Shown piece by piece: positions 61,064 through 64,000 of a stretch of 64,000 bases of DNA. The stretch is from contig CBFGJV010000009.1 in NCBI GenBank assembly GCA_965649205.1, positions 1-64,000 of the forward strand, given 5' to 3'. Source of the DNA: a candidate division WOR-3 bacterium (GTDB taxonomy: Bacteria; Hydrothermota; Tepidihabitantia; Tepidihabitantales; Tepidihabitantaceae). A program made the position numbers and the translations under genes. The notes below the pieces were generated by a model, which worked only from the letters and a program-made list of their open reading frames with translations, did not search any database and was not told the DNA's origin. Numbering within the stretch: the stretch's first letter is position 1; every line of letters begins with the position of its first letter.

Positions 61064-64000
61064 TCAACGCGTCTTGACAGCTTTCTGGGCAACCACCCTG
61101 CCTTCCGCTACAAACCTGACCCAGTACACTCCAGGCGCCAGTCTGCGTCCATACTCGTCATTTCCATCCCAAGCAAGGTTGTGCCTTCCCGCTTCGCTTC
61201 GGCCCGCAAACAGAGTCCTCACCCTGCGTCCCGCTCCGTCATAGACAGCCAATTCCACATTCTCCGCCTGCGCCAGGCCGTAGGAGAACTGCGCCCGCTC
61301 GACAAAAGGATTGGAATGCACCAAAAGTTCGGGACAAGAAACTGTATGCCCCTGTTCTAATTCTGCCAATCCGACCGGTCCGTCGGTCGTATATTTTATT
61401 GCCCGCCGGGGCCCCAGAGGCCAGCAGCCATTGTTGTAGCTGTTGTCCAGCAGGCATTGAATACCTATGGTTCTGGTCTGGTCCTGTATGCCCACAGTGC
61501 TGGCGGTAAAGCCGTTGGCAGTCATATACTGCGCCACTATCACATTATTGCCAGAACCGGAGGCAAGGGTGGTATCGTAGATGATTACCTGGAATTTATC
61601 CCGTACCGACACCTGATCATAGTAGGCCACACTGTCGTATTCTACTATGAAGCGTTTGTTTGGTTCATCGTAGTAGTAATACACATGACCGGATCCCCCA
61701 TAACCTGGATAAAGGTCATCCCAGTTCAGACAGATAGCTCCGGGCGGCGCCTGCGGACTGGGCAGGCCAGTGTTGGAAAAGTGGGAAGTAGTATAGGTGC
61801 CCGGCACAATCCAGCCATCGGCCGAAACAGAAATCTGTGTATAGCGCTGACCGTAGTACTTGAACGGACCAAACCCTGCAGGCAAAGCCACCGGGACTAC
61901 GGCATCATTGTTGGCAAAGGAAATCCTGGTGCCCACGCCCTTTATCTCTACCCAAGAATACTGCGGACAGACAGGGAAAATGGTATCCAGGTCATCATAC
62001 GCCCAATACAGCGCCGGTTCTCGCGGCCCGTCCGGAATCGGGTCGATACGGCGCAGAGAACCGACAGAGAGTGAAAACTTCAGGCTGTCCGTATAGCCGG
62101 TGGCATAAAGATACAGAGTGAAGTTGCTCTCATGTCCTCTCGGTGTCCCCGGCGTGGCAAAAACGCCAAACCGGTCGAGCCTGTTAGACCCGATCGAATC
62201 CGGCTTCACGTCTCCGAACCAACCCAGAGAATCTGTGATAACCACAAAAGCATCCGCTGTCTTCAGAATGCCGAAAAGACCCTGCAGCTCGGCCCGGCCT
62301 GCATTCCTCAGCTTCACCACCAGCTCCGCGCTTTCTCCTGGATCCAGCTTGCCATCTCCATTGCCCCGGGGCGGTGAATCAATCACCGTATTATCTACAT
62401 ACACGGCCTCGGGCACATTTACAGCCAGCACCTCAATCGCATCTATGTCAAAACCGCCTGTGCCCACATTGTCGTCCACGATGCGGACGAACCTAGCCGT
62501 CTGCAGCCTCGCTGCCTCCAGATCATAACTTTTCGTGCCGGTACCCGAACCTACGAGGGTCCACGGCCCGTTCCAATTGTTAGATGCATACACCAGGCAC
62601 GACTCCGGGTCGGTATCATCCTCCACCACGGTGAAATCCGGACCCGGGATGTTCACTATCGGTGTTCTGCGCCCCATATCAAAACTGGCCCAGCCGCCGC
62701 GGTCCAAAGAAAACCGGCGGCCATCGCGCTTGCGCAGAGCCCACCAGTGACTGGTAGGATTGGTATTGCTCAGCATATTGGTGAGGCATTGAAAAGCGCA
62801 CACAGGCTCGCTGGCGCTGCGGGTAAGATACACCTCCAGAAAGGCAAAGCTGTCCCGAGGCACAACCACACCGCTCACTGTCTTGGGCTGATACCCGTTT
62901 GCAGTCACGGTCACCGTGTAGGTACCCGGGTGCAGGTACTTGGCAAAGAATCCCAGGGTATCGGAGTAAACAAACCAGTCAGGCGGGGTCACGCTTACCA
63001 GAGCCTCTATCGGCCCGCCTGTCTGACTATCGCGCACCATACCCCGGACGCCCCAACCTGCCCGCTCTATCATTTCCTTCATCGCAGTCCAGTTCTTACG
63101 GTTTATCGTATCAATCTCGCCGATAGGACTGGGCTGGCCGTTGCACACCTCTACTGCGTAGCCCATTGCTCCCAGCGCTCCGTAGTACCAGTCGGTAGAG
63201 CCGCCGTTCACCGAGTACAGCACCCGCGAAATCTGCCCTGACTGGTAGTAGCATATCTGACCGTAACGGTCCATCTCGTACTTATAGGTAACCGAATCCC
63301 TCGTGGCAAAGGTGGTATAGCCCCAGGGCCACATTGCCTTGGTCGTCCCGGTATGAAACTGCGTCCAAGCCACCATGGGATTATCCCGTCCCAGAAAATA
63401 CAACGCCTGCACTTCAGTTTCAGAAAACACGCTGGGCCCGCCGCCGTTCCAGGAATAACCGTAGTTGCGATTCAAATCCACTCCCCGGGCATTGGTGCGA
63501 CTGCGCGACACCAGACCATCCGGATTCACAAAGGGTATGAGCCATATTTCCCGCGTATTCACCCAGCGGGTAATATCCGGGTCTGTGCCATACCTGGTGA
63601 CAAGCTGTAACAAGGCGTGGTGCAGAATCTCGGTGCCGTTGTTCTCGTTCCCGTGTATCGTGGCATCAAAAAACACCCGGGGTTCTGGCTCCAGCGAGTT
63701 GGGATTGTCGGATATTTTCATGGCGATAAGCCGCCTGCCTCCGGCCGAAACACCGATGGTATCCAGCCGGCAGATATGCGGATAGCTGCGACAGATGATA
63801 GGCCAGGTGTCCATTATCTGCTGATAGGTATGGAAGAATGCATTCAGCTCCGCGGCTCTGGCCCGCACATCCGGCACCAGCACCTCCAGACGATACCCCT
63901 TGGCCAGAAGACCCCGATAGGAACTCTCGCTCATACCACAGGTGAAGTATTCCGGAGTCACATCGTAGAACTCCAGGACCTGCTCTGCCAATGCCGGTAT
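61064..64000 (-). CDS. M14 zinc carboxypeptidase with accessory beta-sandwich domains and FlgD/T9SS-like CTD (5' end outside the window)
   Basis: IHGNE (HxxE), RTNARGVDLNRNY, FHT, GGSTDW, VEV. CTD NPF...YDGAGRRVRTL...WDGNDEYG..LAPGVY...QKAV. The frame is open to the window edge. Confidence 0.92.
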   Translation of the reverse strand: MPALAEQVLEFYDVTPEYFTCGMSESSYRGLLAKGYRLEVLVPDVRARAAELNAFFHTYQQIMDTWPIICRSYPHICRLDTIGVSAGGRRLIAMKISDNPNSLEPEPRVFFDATIHGNENNGTEILHHALLQLVTRYGTDPDITRWVNTREIWLIPFVNPDGLVSRSRTNARGVDLNRNYGYSWNGGGPSVFSETEVQALYFLGRDNPMVAWTQFHTGTTKAMWPWGYTTFATRDSVTYKYEMDRYGQICYYQSGQISRVLYSVNGGSTDWYYGALGAMGYAVEVCNGQPSPIGEIDTINRKNWTAMKEMIERAGWGVRGMVRDSQTGGPIEALVSVTPPDWFVYSDTLGFFAKYLHPGTYTVTVTANGYQPKTVSGVVVPRDSFAFLEVYLTRSASEPVCAFQCLTNMLSNTNPTSHWWALRKRDGRRFSLDRGGWASFDMGRRTPIVNIPGPDFTVVEDDTDPESCLVYASNNWNGPWTLVGSGTGTKSYDLEAARLQTARFVRIVDDNVGTGGFDIDAIEVLAVNVPEAVYVDNTVIDSPPRGNGDGKLDPGESAELVVKLRNAGRAELQGLFGILKTADAFVVITDSLGWFGDVKPDSIGSNRLDRFGVFATPGTPRGHESNFTLYLYATGYTDSLKFSLSVGSLRRIDPIPDGPREPALYWAYDDLDTIFPVCPQYSWVEIKGVGTRISFANNDAVVPVALPAGFGPFKYYGQRYTQISVSADGWIVPGTYTTSHFSNTGLPSPQAPPGAICLNWDDLYPGYGGSGHVYYYYDEPNKRFIVEYDSVAYYDQVSVRDKFQVIIYDTTLASGSGNNVIVAQYMTANGFTASTVGIQDQTRTIGIQCLLDNSYNNGCWPLGPRRAIKYTTDGPVGLAELEQGHTVSCPELLVHSNPFVERAQFSYGLAQAENVELAVYDGAGRRVRTLFAGRSEAGRHNLAWDGNDEYGRRLAPGVYWVRFVAEGRVVAQKAVKTR

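Overview
Chromosomal segment of a diderm bacterium. The protein styles suggest a WOR-3-like candidate lineage, but that is inference. The window opens with the 5' ~2.7 kb of a minus-strand 23S rRNA gene that has its own promoter and no linked 16S gene or spacer tRNA. Next (3.2-17 kb) is a secretion-related cluster: a CBM-like protein, signal peptidase I, two tandem ~1400-aa paralogues (unknown beta-rich head + 6 CARDB-like Ig domains + Kelch-like propeller) and a divergent S8 subtilase. Housekeeping operons follow: rmlC-rmlB-ribBA-ribH-nusB, a ~14-kb grpE-dnaK-dnaJ-rsmE-rpsU-mutS2-dnaG-rpoD-...-hflX run, and cmk-plsC-ispH-rpsA-mtaB-skp-fabZ-folC. Also present are a third giant (1831 aa) that shares the CARDB-Kelch tail but has a beta-helix/FN3-like head, a cobalamin riboswitch ahead of a TonB-dependent receptor, two M23 peptidases, comF, lgt, a deoxycytidylate deaminase and a 5'-truncated M14 carboxypeptidase. 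Six proteins end in a T9SS type A-like C-terminal sorting domain. The most notable signals are the modular CARDB-Kelch-CTD protein family, the predominance of 16-bp-spacer sigma70-like promoters, an AT-hook-like RpoD N-terminus, a candidate structured ncRNA at ~47.6-47.7 kb, a Skp fusion and the unlinked 23S gene. I saw no mobile elements, CRISPR arrays or tRNAs. All domain calls come from motif recognition by eye; no searches were run.
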